From: Tubulanus polymorphus
Taxonomy: Eukaryota; Animalia; Nemertea
Direction: 5' to 3'
DNA: 64,000 bases
NCBI RefSeq assembly: GCF_964204645.1
Contig: NC_134036.1
Location: 9,589,859-9,653,858, forward strand
In this document: in pieces, positions 23,581-37,380 of the stretch
Numbering within the stretch: the stretch's first letter is position 1
How the letters are laid out: every line of letters starts with the position of its first letter
The notes under the pieces: generated by a model
Database searches by the model: none
Seen by the model: the letters and a program-made list of their open reading frames with translations, nothing else
Told to the model about the DNA's origin: nothing
Program-made: the position numbers and the translations under genes

Positions 23581-26500
23581 TCAATTTTTGGAAAAGTATG
23601 CAGCAAGAAATTTCACAAGTTTTGGCTGCTTCTTCGTTTCAATCTTCGCATTCAACAATGCAACTTGTAGAAAATTCAAAATTCGTGCGAACTGTCGCGG
23701 ATAGTTAATGTCAAATACATAATAACATCCGAAGAGATCATGCAAAGCGCCACTAGTGTTTTGTTCTATGCACTCAATCATACGTTCCGCGGTTTGAATG
23801 AAGAACTCCAAATTGTGGTTGTACACAATCCTTGGGAACTTCAAAGGATTCTTTACATCAGCAGCCTAGGAATGAAAGATTAAAAGTCTGGATTACAAAG
23901 TGATGACATGTATCATTTGATCAGAGAAAAGATAGAAACAAGAGCCCCATGGGGCACTATGGCCAGCCTGTCGCTTTTTCATAAATAATGCAATCTGTGG
24001 GTTATATTTGTCAAAATACACTTCCCGCTCAACATAATGAGGCCCTTTTTCAATATTCGGCTTCGTAGAAATTGGAGAACGGATAATGCTTGAATGCATG
24101 AATTGTATGAATATATGCTCAGTTGCACAATGAAAAAGCCTTTCAATGTATCTCATTTGAATTGGGTAAACTCTTAAATGTCTTTCCAATGGCATGTATT
24201 TAACTGAATTTGCTATTTTCACTGGATTCTCCAGTTATTCTTACATGCATTCAGATATATGGATAGCTAAGCTTTATCTGACTGTAAATAGAAGAACTAG
24301 TACTACCATAACCAAGCTGATCTTCTATTCGCTGTATCAGACTGATGGTTTCGATGTTCTGAAAAAATATCAAATCAGATACTGAGAACATAAGTTTTTG
24401 GTTACTCAAGATGTTTTCAGTGATTAGTGGTAGTCAGTAATGGTTGGAAGCTCTGCCGCTTTATTCGATATAACCATTATCGATATCTTAAATGAAATGA
24501 AATTAATTTAATGAAAACTTATAGAAAATTTTTACTAACACTGCCATTAAAACTTAAGGAAGGGAAAGGATTTATTTCACCCCTTAAGCTTTCAGGCCAT
24601 ATTGGAGCTAATAAACAAAATCTAATATAAATGTAACAAAGTATACAAAAATACTGTATTGCTAAATACCGTTAATTGCTGTTCGATGTTAAACATCAAG
24701 GAACACTGCGTAGTCATCTCTAAGAAACGCTTATGAAAGCATTCTCTTTCTGTTAAATTTAGCATTTTGAAGTCATGCATAATCTGAAGGCAAAAATTTA
24801 CAGGATACCAAACTAATAGACGAATGCTTAACCAGGTGTCCAGGGTCACAGTGCCCACTTGGGAAATAGTATTTGTTTCAAAGTTTTTTTTTAATGGCCA
24901 ACCGTGTGTACGTATTTGCTGCGTATTTGAAAGTTATTTTTTGCTGATTTTAGAGGGCCAAGAAAGATTTAACCTTGACTGTGGAACAAGCGTGAAATAG
25001 GCAAATTGCATATAATTCAAACTTCAACTCCCCCTGGTGGCGAAAACCTGGGTAACACCAATTCCACGTGAGATGAATACTACAACAGTGATACTATTTA
25101 TTAAATATCAAGACTAACTATTTGGAAGCTACAGGTCTTGGAATTGAGGGCAAAAATGACCTTTTGAGCACAAAAAAGATCACACGACGGCCATCTTGGG
25201 TCCGATCGACCCAATTTTTCTCATACTGATGCATCATAGGGGGAAACAAACATATGTGAAAGATCAAGATAATTGTTTAAAGCGTTTTCAAAGATGTATC
25301 TAGGGTAGATACATGTATAACCTAAAGATCAAGAAAATCCATTGAAGCGTCTTCAAAACTTCTCAAAATAACTGGACGGACGACGGACGAAAAGTGAACG
25401 CAACAGCCTGCTGGGACTTAAGTCCCAAGTGGGCTAAAAGGGATACTACAATTGTGGAATCAGGGTTGGAATCATGAGCATAAGATGAAGATGATTGGTT
25501 AGAGATTAGGTTTCTTAATGACTTACATATTGCATGAAGTCGAAAAATTTGTATTTTCCAATTACAGCGTCTTTGTCACCAGATTTCATCATTTCTTTCT
25601 TTCTCGCCTCAAATGTCTTCTCCATCAATTTGTTTATTCGTGGTCGATCTAACGGCATACTTTCACCAAGTTTTTCAAGGAGTTTCATGGAAAATGCAAC
25701 TAAAATACATATGAAGCAGGCTTGTAAATGCATTATATTTCATGATTGACCATATAAGCATGTTCTTCAAGTCACAGAATCTACAAGTATCTTTATTACA
25801 GGAAAAGCCAAAGTTCGATCGAAATGTGGTAATACACTCATGACACTATGAGAGACAACTTTCCAATTTGGCGAAGACCAAGTGGGCGAAATACCAATGA
25901 CTTTGGCACTTTTTTACTGAGTGGGCAGAATTTGCCATAGACGAGCACCAAATATCAAATATGTTTAAGCAATTACAATTGTATTTCTAGAGCCAGGTAA
26001 ATTACCGTCTTTAACGTCAGCATTTTTGGTAGAATCTGAATCCACGACATTGTCCCAACAGATTGCTGGGTCTTGGCTGTTTCCCTTGTCATTTTTATGC
26101 TCTACTGAATGATTTTGTGACGTTGATGTAGCATTACTAGTACCTGCTTGAACACAATTTTCATCAGAAGGGTCTTGTGGTTCAACTGTTGTGCAAGATA
26201 AAGCAAAATTAGGTAAACTATTTCAGCTTAAAAGCAAAGAGAAACGATTAGAAAGATTGATTTGGGAATGTAACAATACTTTTACAATTTGTAATTCATT
26301 CTCACAAATCTTTTTCTATCAAACAATATATTTTGACTCAAGATATCAAGCTATTAGATTATTTTCTGAAAACTTCAAGAAATCTGTGTATTAGAAAACA
26401 AGATATTCCTAGGAGATTGATTGAGAGATGCACCTACCTGTAACTACAAAGGAAGAATCCTTCACAGCATTCGGTGTTTTGCAATCATATCTGATATGTC

Positions 26501-28571
26501 GGATTTTCTGTGATAGACTTTTTTTAAAAGCCGCCTAGAAATGCAAATTGAAATTCTAAAATATAAACAAGCGAATAACTGCTTAATGAAAATATAAAGA
26601 TACAAAATGCTTAATTCAAAAGCCTGTAATTATTTTATCTAATTTACCAAGTTTTCCATTGAGGCCATTCTTTTCATCATTATATGAACAAAATATTTAG
26701 AGAGTGAAATTTGGCTCAATTACTAATGGTGCAATTACATAGGTTACGCTGGTAAAATTTCACTTGGGTTTTCTATTGTGAATATCCCAGTTATGTATTA
26801 GCATTATCAAAACATGCCAAACAGATGAACTTATTGTATGTGAACAGATGAACTTATTGTAAGTTTTATACCCATGGTTTTTCTGCCTTCTGTCTTTTAT
26901 TTTCATCCTGTTTCACATCATCTCTCTTCAGATTTGGATATTTCTTAACAATCTCTTTGCAAATCAGATCATATTCAGATTTCCTCCGTATGTCTATCTG
27001 AGCTAAAACACCGTAGGCAACTTCTGCTACTACATTATCCCAAACAGCTATGGCAGAACTGCGTGACTTTAATTAACTTTCAGATAACGTATTACTAATT
27101 ATAGGAATCTGAAAAACGAAAAATAAAATAAGCATAAGGACGCCTCAGCACAAAAACTACCTTGTTTCTAATTATCAGGGAGTGGGTGAATTAAAATGAG
27201 AATGAAATCCAGATTTTCTCATATTTTTTAAGAATAAAAAATGATAGAGGGTGGAGGTTAGCTCATATACTTTGTTCATTAGTCCTTATAGAAATTTTAC
27301 ATTTATTTACTGGCACATTGACATAATGACATCAGGGCCGTACTAGCATTTTAATTTGGGGAAGGGGGCAGATATAACCGAAAAAGGGCGGTTCTATAAG
27401 ATGTAACAACATTTGCAAAAAGGACACTTTTCAAAAATTATCTCATTTACTGAATAACTAAGGGAATAACACTAAGCATCATACATATGATTACATACTT
27501 ACAATCAGCATAGCTAGGGAGGGTCGAAGTTTGGTACCTATACAATTGTGTCATACCTTTTGTATAGAGAAGCTAGGAGTGTTCAAAACAAAACAGCTTC
27601 TTTTCTAGGGAGTTTAAAAGTTCAGTAAATCACATTTTCAAACGAGCATTATATATATTACCTGAAAATTAGATTCTCCAGTATCAGAGGAATCATCATG
27701 AAGCGAAGCTGTATCCGATGACGATGCTTCATCCAAACTTTGTGATGACGAGTCATCCAAAAACGAGTCAATTTTGCTGGTGATGTTTAGTTTGTTGAAT
27801 GAACAAGATGAACCTAGATATAGTGGCAGAAATACAAAATTTTTCAGGACCAGGAAGTTTTATTTTGTACCCTACCTTGCAAAGTGGTGGTTTGGTGTAT
27901 ATCAGGTATGCTAACTTGCATGGGTATCCAACCTTTTCTTATCAACAATTTTCAATAGACATTTTGGTAAGATTACTCATATCACCAATTCCAATATTGG
28001 TTAAAAATCATATACAATAATAAGTATGGCAACTAACCAATATATTTGTTTCCAAAAATATAACTACGTATTGGCCTATAGAAAAGGGTACAAATCTAAA
28101 CACTTAAAATTTCTTACGATGATTGATAGGAATAAAAAAGATGCCTGTCAATTATAAAGAACAATGTAGGCCCACCTGCCATTGTGATTGGATCTTCATT
28201 GCAAATATAATATGCGTCAACTTTCAAGGCGCTGAACACCTCCTCATCTAATATCTCTGCTCCATCACTGGTGACAACCATCGGCAAGTGCAGATATCCA
28301 AACTTAGTCATAGCTGTAAAAATTAAAATGACATTTTTTAGTTGAGTTTTCAATAATGATGAATGATTTGCTGTAAAATAATCATTGTAAGTAAAGAAAT
28401 TAATATTGAATGGCTAACTAGAGATGCAATAAATCCACAGAGGATCCAACCAAGGAAAATACCTAAAAATAAGCTCATACCTTTCTTGCGCAAATCATTG
28501 AAGGTTGTACAGAAGATCCAGACCTTTCTTTTAGTGGCTTGCTCGATACATTTTACTAATCTATTCTCCAT
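23581..28571 (-). pseudogene. EnSpm accessory multi-exon gene: N-terminal CIDE-N-like domain, C-terminal SAMD3-like region
   Basis: Exons 28481-28571 and 28176-28313 give NRLVKC..KRKVWIFCTTFNDLRKK|AMTKFG..VVTSDGAEILDEEVF; further exons at about 27662-27812, 26872-27108 (in-frame TAA), 26439-26534, 25526-25697; last exon LFGCYYVFDINYP...FLQ. Confidence 0.7.
24830..25437 (-). mobile_element. Helentron-associated non-autonomous element (HINE/DINE-1-like)
   Basis: 5' TTAGCCCACTTGGGAC with short inverted repeat, CGTC microsatellite, 3' TCCCAAGTGGGC sub-TIR plus hairpin; T-rich flanks; same family as 50270-51052. Confidence 0.7.
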
Positions 28572-28885
28572 TATAAGCTGGGGTGAAAGATAATTATGTG
28601 CAACATTAACCTTGATGTAACTGCAAAATTCATTGTTGTTTATGGTTTTCATTATACATACAAGTAATATGATCAAGTCCTAATCAGGTAATATGATCAC
28701 ATATATCACTGACACAAACTGTTCAATTATGTAGCTAAATGTGCTGCTAAATTCAGTTAATTCCACTGATCCCATCAATCTGAGTAAAAATGTTTTCATG
28801 TATTAGTATTAGAATATTTGTCCAGCCATTGCAATCGGCCAAAAATATATCCATTCAACCAAAAATTCATGAATTTTTGATTCAA

Positions 28886-29106
28886 CCCATTAGCACTCAG
28901 GAATTTCACTATGTAGTGTCTATTACTCCACAGAAAATTCAAGGGAAAATTCAAATTTATTACGATACAGAATAGCTCATTCCCAGTTTATTTTCATGTA
29001 TTTCAAGTTCGTGTTATTTTGTAGTAATATATACCACTATAAACGTTTTTGTGTAGCAGACGAAAAAAGTGTCAGGACGGATTCGGGTGGCTTGAGTGCT
29101 AATGGG
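28886..29106. mobile_element. piggyBac-like MITE
   Basis: CCCATTAGCACTC / GAGTGCTAATGGG TIRs; TCAA/TTAA flanks. Confidence 0.7.
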
Positions 29107-29271
29107 TTAAAATTTCAAATTAACCAGTGCTTGATCCTACTACTATGGTGGCTGATTCGGGCCACATGAAAAATAAAATAAAAATGAAACTAGCTCACCA
29201 CCAAAAAATTGGTGGGGACCAAGTGTCATCTTAAAAAAATTTTTTAATCAGCCACCATATACTACACCTTT

Positions 29272-31770
29272 TCATGCTAAATTAACAAGCGGCGAATACA
29301 GCAACACATAGCATGATTCATCAATGATAACCTTGGGTAGTGGCCAAGGGAATTTCAGCTCATCTGCGCATAACATAAGTATATGTTCGCCAGGACGAAC
29401 TTCGTATGCATTGCGAGATAGACTGTAATGTTGAATATCCATCTTACAAACACAAAGATACTTGGTATCTTTGTAAACTAACACATGGACGATTCTGACA
29501 AAACACGGTAATTCTTCTTCAAAGCCAAAAAGGAGAATTTCATTTGGCATGTAACAATGTCCATTTGCTAGAACCCTTGGGCTCACCATGGCCCTATTTA
29601 TTGTGAAATCTGGATCCTTTGCCATAAGGTATGTTCTCATAATATCTACATGATTATGTACATTGATATCTAACATAGAACCCATGCAGACAGTATCGTG
29701 TGATTTGAGAAAATTGCTACTAAAGCTGTAAGTGAGCCACCGCTGATGTTTGACAGCCATTGATTTGGGGATATTTTTGAAGTTTTTCCATCGAAGTTGC
29801 TTGAAGTAGGCATGTTTAGCCTCGAACCGCATACACCAATGGTTTCGTAAGGGACCAAACATAGCCATTTGTGATGGCAAATGCAGCAAATAGTGCATTT
29901 TAGGAGTAATGTTAATAGCTGGGTATGAGTCTCGAAATCTTTGATTATGCTGAGTAACAAGAATCTCCAAAAATGTCATGGTATCCTCCGATATTACTGG
30001 AGATAAACAAAGAATTGTAATCTTCTGTAACCGCAGCCAATTTTTCCAGTACTCATTGTGACTAGGTATGTCACTAATAAAAGGTAAAATAAACATAAGA
30101 ATTTTCATTTCCTGTGCACTTTGACCAAGCTTTCCACTAGTTTGATTGTTAAGGAGCTTCTTGTCAATTGCTTGAGGCTTGTCTTTTTGATCTAAAAAGC
30201 TATATTCAAAGTTTTCAATAGCACTGTTTAATGCACTTAGGGAAATAAGGTTATCATCTATAAGCCTTGAAAGAAGCAATTTCGTTTCCATTGGGCAAAC
30301 ACCCTCTAATAGATGCATCACATCCATTACCAAGCATTCCGTGACTCTGAACCCTTTAACATCTAAAAGAGTAGATCTAGAGTTTATACCATACTCTATA
30401 CTCATTGCTTTCCTTTCCTGCCCATCAAGTTCCTCAAGATAATCACACCTTGCTAGGTGTTCTTCTTCATCTCTTTTTTCTGAATCATCAGCATGGAAAC
30501 AAGTATTTAGATTTTCACTTTTGATTTCACATATTCTACAAGGCTTTTTGGCACCACCCACACCCTCTTTAAAACCTCCTATCTCATTTGAGGCTGGAGT
30601 GTCTGCTGAAAAGCAAATTAAAGCCCCATTAGTTCGGTATGGTCCAGTTTTTAGAAGTAATGTGTGCCCATTATATAATACATTTATATCACGCACAAAA
30701 TTGGCTAGAAGTTTCTTAAAAGTTTTGTCAAATTTGTTTATGTCTTTCCTCTTTGCCGCTGCAATTAACATTATATTTGGTAATTTGGAACGCATCTTTG
30801 GGGGAATATTGCACAGCATTAGATAAAAAAGAACGATTTTGTGCTATTTAGTCCCAATGGGATTAACAATTTCTATGTCATCATCGTATGCAAGAAAAGA
30901 CAATGTCTTTCGATTTGCAATAAAAACAGGATGATTTTTCACAAATTTTCCATCACACATATCATGTAAATATTCATTTGCACTATCATACGGACCAGAA
31001 TCTACACATTGCTTTACATCTGACTGATTGAGTAAATTTGTAAGGGTCTCGAGTAATGGTATATAATATCCTATTGCAGGTACTCTCTTATACCGAAACT
31101 TCCCTTTGAATTTAATTTTTCTTAATTGATAACCTAAAACAATTCCAATTGGTTTTACTATATCGAAAACCTCAGAAAAGTATTTATCCTGGTTATGAAT
31201 CGATCTTAAACCTTCAAAAATGTTTTCTCTATCAGCAAAACATCCACTGACAATATCTTTTTCCTCATCAGTCAAATTAGGAAGTTGATTAAAAAGGTTT
31301 TCTTTTATAATGAAATTCATATCCTGCAATAATTCTTCCACATTTTCAATAACCCTTAGGGTAGCTTGATGGCTCAATTGAGCACCTTCACGTAAACTGA
31401 GCAAAAACTGCCCAATACGCTTTTTGAAATTAGCATCCTGCTCAACGTCAGCATTATAATTGTCTATTTCCATCCCCTCATCTTCATTGTGCATACCAGC
31501 ATCATTAACAGATTCCAGTTCATTCACATTATCTTGTTCTACTCTATGGTGCCTGCTTACATGAGTACGATAGGATGAAAAATTAGCATATGTGGCCCCA
31601 CAGAATTGACAGTTTATTCTAAACTTTGGAGCATTTTTGTGTTTCGCCAACAAATGTTTTTGGAATTTATAAGGATCCCTGTTAAAGTAATTGCAGATGC
31701 TACAATGCCACAGCATTTTATGGAATGTTAAACTTACCACTTTAGGCTTTGTTTCTAATCTGATATTCAC
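29272..31770 (-). pseudogene. EnSpm/CACTA transposase with two N-terminal C2H2 fingers; single nonsense codon
   Basis: YDDDIEIVNPIG, SADTPASNEIGGFKE, CRIC, DVMHLLEG, TPKMHYLLH, WCMRFEAKH; TAG at 30844-30846 separates two same-frame ORFs (NPIGTK*HKIVLFY). Confidence 0.9.
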
Positions 31771-32640
31771 ATCTCAAGTGTGTAATAAAGTTTATCAAAA
31801 CACATAGATCTGTATATGACCACACACGTATCACATTATGGCTATTAGGACACAAATAGTCAGTTACATCAAGAGATAAATATGCACAAAACTCTAAGGC
31901 TTTTATAAAATCGTTTGAGCGTCTGAAGTGAATTTCTGCACCCATTGGTAACTACGTAGAAGTTTATTGTTTTTAAACATAAGAGCAAAGCCCTAAGACC
32001 TGAAATATCAATGATGATTATTAAATTTTGACACTGAATTCTCACTTTGAGCATGCTTGATACAAGAAATTTGGAGTCCACCGTCTAAACGAATGGATTT
32101 TGAGCATACAAGTATCCTAAAAACCACTTTCAAATCTTAAAACAAACAACTGCAAAGCTCATTTCATGGCAATTTAGGCAATGTTGAATACTTTATTCAA
32201 TCTGCTATAGACCTATTATACTGTAAACGTGAAGAAATGGGGTTAGGGTTGGTTCAAAATATGATTCAATTACATTTCACAAGGGTTCTCAGCTGGCCAC
32301 GATGGTTCAGAGCAGCGTATGCCATTTCTTAGATATTATATCCTTTAGGTTCGAATCCGATTTTGATATTTACCATTACCAACAGTTCATGTTTCAACAT
32401 TACCCAACTTGCCATTTCATGTAGGTAGGCGCATTTGTTTAAAATCAGTTTGTTAAACTCAAATTGTTTCGGTTTAGGCCTAGGCCTAGGAAAATAGATG
32501 GGTTTTTTAGACTGCACAGTTTAACTGTGGTTGTATTAAAAAGACTGAGGAGGTGGTAGGCCTATGACTATGTGTTCATAAGTATTAATAAATATTATAA
32601 TAAATATTCCCAAAAATCAATGTAAGGCCTATAGAAGTAA

Positions 32641-33022
32641 GGTATCAGTTTACCGTCACCCCATAAGTCAAAAGTTGATACTTAATAACATCTTTAATTA
32701 CCTAGAATTTTAAAAATGACAGCTTCAATTTATGTTTGATAGATGGCGCTAGTGGTAGCTCAGCTGTCAAAATAAAATAGATGACAAGGCATTCATATTC
32801 CAATAATAATCTCTAAATTTCAAGATATAAACATCGCAATCCAAACTTCTAAAGCCAATCTACATATTAAATATTGCTTTAAAAAACTTTTTATCAATGA
32901 CTTTTATGTGTTTGGTGCATTGTGTTCATTTTCTGGATATTAGAACATAAAAGATGAAAAATAATGAAAATTTCCATGCGGGACCCGGCCATCTACGTGG
33001 GCGGTGACGGTAAACTGATACC
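32641..33022. mobile_element. Kolobok-like MITE
   Basis: 20-bp perfect TIR GGTATCAGTTTACCGTCACC; GTAA/TTAA flanks; inverted related fragment at about 54405-54570. Confidence 0.75.
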
Positions 33023-34521
33023 TTAATTCCATAGGCCTAAGATAAAACATTATCTTTGTCTCTTTAAGTCTAGGGCCCTCTAGACTCCAGCCTATAGCCT
33101 ATAATAGTATTATACTATAACTGAACGCTAGTAGGCCGCCGGGGGGGAATTTTTTAGCGTCGAGTCCCTGTCATTCTCACTCGATTCGATGATCATTTAC
33201 TGCCGTGCCGGCGAAAAAATAAGTCACAGCATAGGCCTAAACGTAAGGCAAGGGGAGAAGATGACAGAGAGACAAAACTTACCGCCCTAACCAAAATATT
33301 CTCGCTGACGAAAGCAAAAGTTCTCCCGACTGCACAATGGCGTCCTACAATCACGTGACTTTTGAAAAATGTTCAAGCGATGTTCTGTAACTGATCGGAC
33401 ATTTTGAGAACACGGCTCATTCATGGGTCGGTATATGGAAGCGCTCAGAACACATTTACAAGATGTGAACACGTTCTTTTAGTGTAAGCATGTTCATTAA
33501 GTTCGAAATATGTTCCCTGTTTTTAGAGTGTGGTACTCGCTGTGTAATACTGAACACGTATATACCTGTAGATATTGATCGTACTAGCACCGGTTTTAGA
33601 TAGCGCGCGCGCTGATCGGTCTTAACACTTCTCGGAACTGCTGTGCTAAATGCTGAGAGGCCGAATCTATGCGCAATCATTTATTGGGCTCGTCACATTT
33701 GATAGTGAATGGATAAATAACCGGTGTCAATGACGGTCGCTACTCCCGATCAGTATAACTCATCAGTATAAGAAATAATTCTTTCGAGTTTTTTTTTCAA
33801 TCCCCGAAGTTGTTGTTACAATGTTGACCTCGCCGTATTATAAGCTTACCAATGATTCTTCTAGTATTTGCAGGGTCACAAGACATGACGAAGTCGCGAA
33901 GTTTTGTACAAATTTCACGAAACAAACAATTATTTAGGCGGCACCTGATCTATTGATTAATTATGATAAATATAGTTTATTTCATTAAAAATTTGTTTTA
34001 TTCAAACACTACTTTCATCGCACATAGCGTGATCGGTACTATTCTACGGTAGGCCATGGACTCTTTCATGGGTAGGCCTATTACAAATGATACAATCCGC
34101 GCGTCCGTGAATAAGTGACACGTGGCGGGGCGGGTTGTGTCAGCAGCCGGCCTGTAATGCACTCATCGTTGTTGTGTTGTATGATTCTCTCTGGATCTAT
34201 CAAACACTTGTCAAGTCAAAGATTCCCATAACCAATCTTTTGAAGATATCATTCAAGAATTATAATGAGACTGCTGGTAAATATTCATTCTGTTCCACTT
34301 GGCCGATCGTTAGACTAGCTGTAGGCCCTAAGGGTACAGCTAGCGGTTGGCCTTAGGTTCAGTCTGTGAATAGCTTCAAAACAACCATGTTGACACATGG
34401 ATGTGAAGCTTGTATCCCATGGACTGCATGGTCATTGGCCTATGTCATGGGTTATTGGCGATTGTGCCGAGAGCAGACTGTATCCGGTGGTCATGGTAAG
34501 TACTTGATAACCTTGATAGTA

Positions 34522-35568
34522 CCCCGCAAACAAAAAAACGTTCAAAGAACGTTTTCTAAAAGTTTTTCACTAACGTTTTAACGTTAATGTTGAACGTTCG
34601 TGCAACGTTTGTAGAACGTTTTTTTGTAAATGTATTTTAAGGTTCACAGAACGTTTTTGATAACGTTGACTGAACGTTACTTCACAACCTCTCTGCAACC
34701 ATTGAGCTTGATAAAAACGTTCCAATAACGTTCGTATGACGTTACATTATAACCATGATGTCCTCTTTCACGAGCTCGAATAAATCCCTTTCAACTAACT
34801 AATATTGGAATTATTTACCTAACTTTTATTTTGTAACTACGTATATATACATGTATAATATCGAAATTATTCACTCGTAAGTTAGTTCTCCAGTGCACCA
34901 GTCGTCGTCGTTACAGCGTAGCTGGCAGCCTTTGTGATTCCTAAAATAAAAAGGAAATGATACAGAAACTTTTATTTTCATGGTTGTGTTAAGCCTTGAA
35001 GTTCATTTCATCCATACACACAGGGATTGTTATGCTTGTTATTGGAGAACAACAGTTAGGTCATTTCATCGATATAGGCTAAAACCCGACGAAAAGGTCT
35101 CTAACGTGGGTTTCTACATAAAAGATTGTTTCAAAAACATTCTATCGGTATTTTTCCATATATTGAAAGTATCAAAATTTGTGGATTGAATAACGTACCT
35201 TAGTAAATAAACGATTTTTAAATCCCTTAAACACGCCGCTTAAAGCTGATTGATGAACAATGGCGAACACTTCCTGCTTTGATATGTCACGATATCCATC
35301 GGTTTCGAATCCCATATTTTTCTTTACTCCCGAAAGTTTGAATCTTGCTTTCAAATGGTATTAAAATGTAGGAATCCACGTCGGGATTTGCTAAAAACGG
35401 ACTATATTGATGAGTTCTGACTTAACTAATAATTTGCTGCAGGCTCTTGGATGATAACGTTTAGAAAAACCTTCAGAAAACGTTATCGCCTGAACGTTAC
35501 ATTATAAACTATCACACAACTTTCACGAACGTTTCCGAATGTTGTATGAACGTTGTGTGCTAGCTGGG
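34522..35568. mobile_element. Non-autonomous CCCAG-type EnSpm-like MITE
   Basis: CCCCGCAAACA... / ...TGCTAGCTGGG termini, many AACGTT subterminal repeats, TA on both sides. Confidence 0.75.
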
Positions 35569-35888
35569 TATGGATTATTATGGCTAAAATGATACCCTTG
35601 TTTCTCAACCCCTCTAATCGTATCTAACATACCAACAACGATTTTGTTGATTGAGCTTACATATTTTAAGCCTCATGACCTTTGGTCCTCTAGTTTTCAA
35701 ACTTGCAGGGATGCCAACAGCCCCGTTTTGCCTTGAATCTTGCATACGTCAGTCACTTGTGAAAAATGAATTTGCAGTCAGGTCATTATCAAGAACGTAC
35801 ATGTATATAGTATTGATTGTGCGTCCATGTGCGAGTCAATCATTGGGAAAACCCATTACCATGCATATCATCAAAGTTGAACACGCTT

Positions 35889-36497
35889 CAGGGTTTCGGT
35901 AATGGTTAAAAATGTCCATTCGTCATTATTGGGGACAAAATTATACAAGCGTGTATCTATGCCAAATGAACACTACAGGCATGAAGACCAAAGGGGGAGT
36001 TTTGTGGATTTTTGGAGCCATTTTTAGTGCATTTTAATGTTATCATGTGGTCTATACTGTAATTAAAACTACCACAGAGTGAACTTCATTCATTCATTGA
36101 AGCGTCACACACAGAGAAAACACTGCCTATACACAGTTTCATTGGCTAATGTGTATGGACTATACCATTATGGAAAATATCGTGGGTAGGAGTATCATTG
36201 ACTTACTTTCTGGGTGATTACACTATGGTTTGTAGGGAAGGTAGATATGGCTTATGCTACCTACTACATTACTTTTACTACTACAATACATCGTCAGCCA
36301 CACATTTTCTTATTAAAACAGATGGTTACATTCAAATTAACTAAAATAAGAATGCTATAACATCTTCAGAAAATGAATAATAAATTTCATTTCACAATTC
36401 CTCAGGAATTTTTCAAGTTCTAGGAAAACTAGGACCCCTTTTGGCTTGGGGAAAATGTCCGTTTAACGGTTAAAAAAACTTCCTCACGGAAACCCTT
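35889..36497. mobile_element. hAT-like MITE; diverged inverted copy at 54887-55456
   Basis: CAGGGTTTC / GAAACCCT termini; reverse-complement similarity along about 570 bp; no TSD visible. Confidence 0.6.
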
Positions 36498-37094
36498 TTA
36501 CACAGTGCAAGGTTTCATCCCAGGACAAATCAATTCTAGTGCTCAGAAGTAAAATGCAGTTGACTGGACCCATGGTCCTTAATAAGATGTTTTCTGCTTC
36601 ACTTGAACATATCATATGTTAAGTCAGTTTTTCCGCTTCAAAGAGTTATAAACTAGATACAATTAGAAGCTGACATCCATTTACTCTTAATGAGAACTTA
36701 CGTACTGATGTTTTACCTTGATAGTGTGGATTGAAAAGGCACCTGGTTAAAATGATATTGGTACTTTCATTTCTCAAAATTATCATTCCTTCTAATCGTA
36801 TCCAATCTCAATCCATACAGTGCCTAATTTTTCAACAAGCTTTTATATTTCGAACCGCAGGACTGTTGGTCATCTAGTTTACAAGATAAAGTCTACAATT
36901 TCTTGCCCCCTTATTTTTTCTTCCCTCGGAAGACATACATGGGGTTACCACATTCTAGTTTCATTGGTACTATAGGCTCAATGAATGACTCCTTGTCTCT
37001 TTTCTTTTCAGGTTAAACATTGTAGTAACATTTATTGTAAGATAGATCAAGTGTTGTAGTGTATACGGATAAACTGCGTGGTAAGTATTTACAG

Positions 37095-37370
37095 AACTGA
37101 ATATATTTCATACAATATACTGAAGAAGAACTGACACTGAAAATATTGATACTGAATGAACTGAAAAAAATGAAATGAACTGAAAGTACTGATACTGAAA
37201 ATACTGAAACTGAATACGATATTATATACTGACACTGAAATTACTGACACTAGATACACTGAAAATACTGACACCAAATACACTGAAAATATTGACACTA
37301 AGTCCACTGAAAATACTGACACTAAGTACACTGAAAATACTGATTATACTCATTAAAGTACTGACACATT
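37095..37370. repeat. ACTGA-rich minisatellite (about 24-bp unit) upstream of the Helentron ORF
   Basis: Repeated cactgaaaatactgacactaagta variants. Confidence 0.8.
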
Positions 37371-37380
37371 TTCTTTCAAA

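Larger units (their letters stand above)
22106..33530 (-). mobile_element. CACTA/EnSpm DNA transposon, 11.4 kb, two genes
   Basis: TIRs CACTCTAAAAACA.. / ..TGTTTTTAGAGTG, AGAACA/TGTTC subterminal repeats, transposase and accessory gene inside; 2-bp flanks AG/TG. Confidence 0.9.
22002..33697. mobile_element. Probable solo LTR (about 270 bp: 22002-22105 plus 33531-33697) split by a CACTA insertion
   Basis: TGTGACGGG...CTCGTCACA inverted termini; flanks TTAG/TTTG resemble a decayed 4-bp TSD. Confidence 0.5.
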
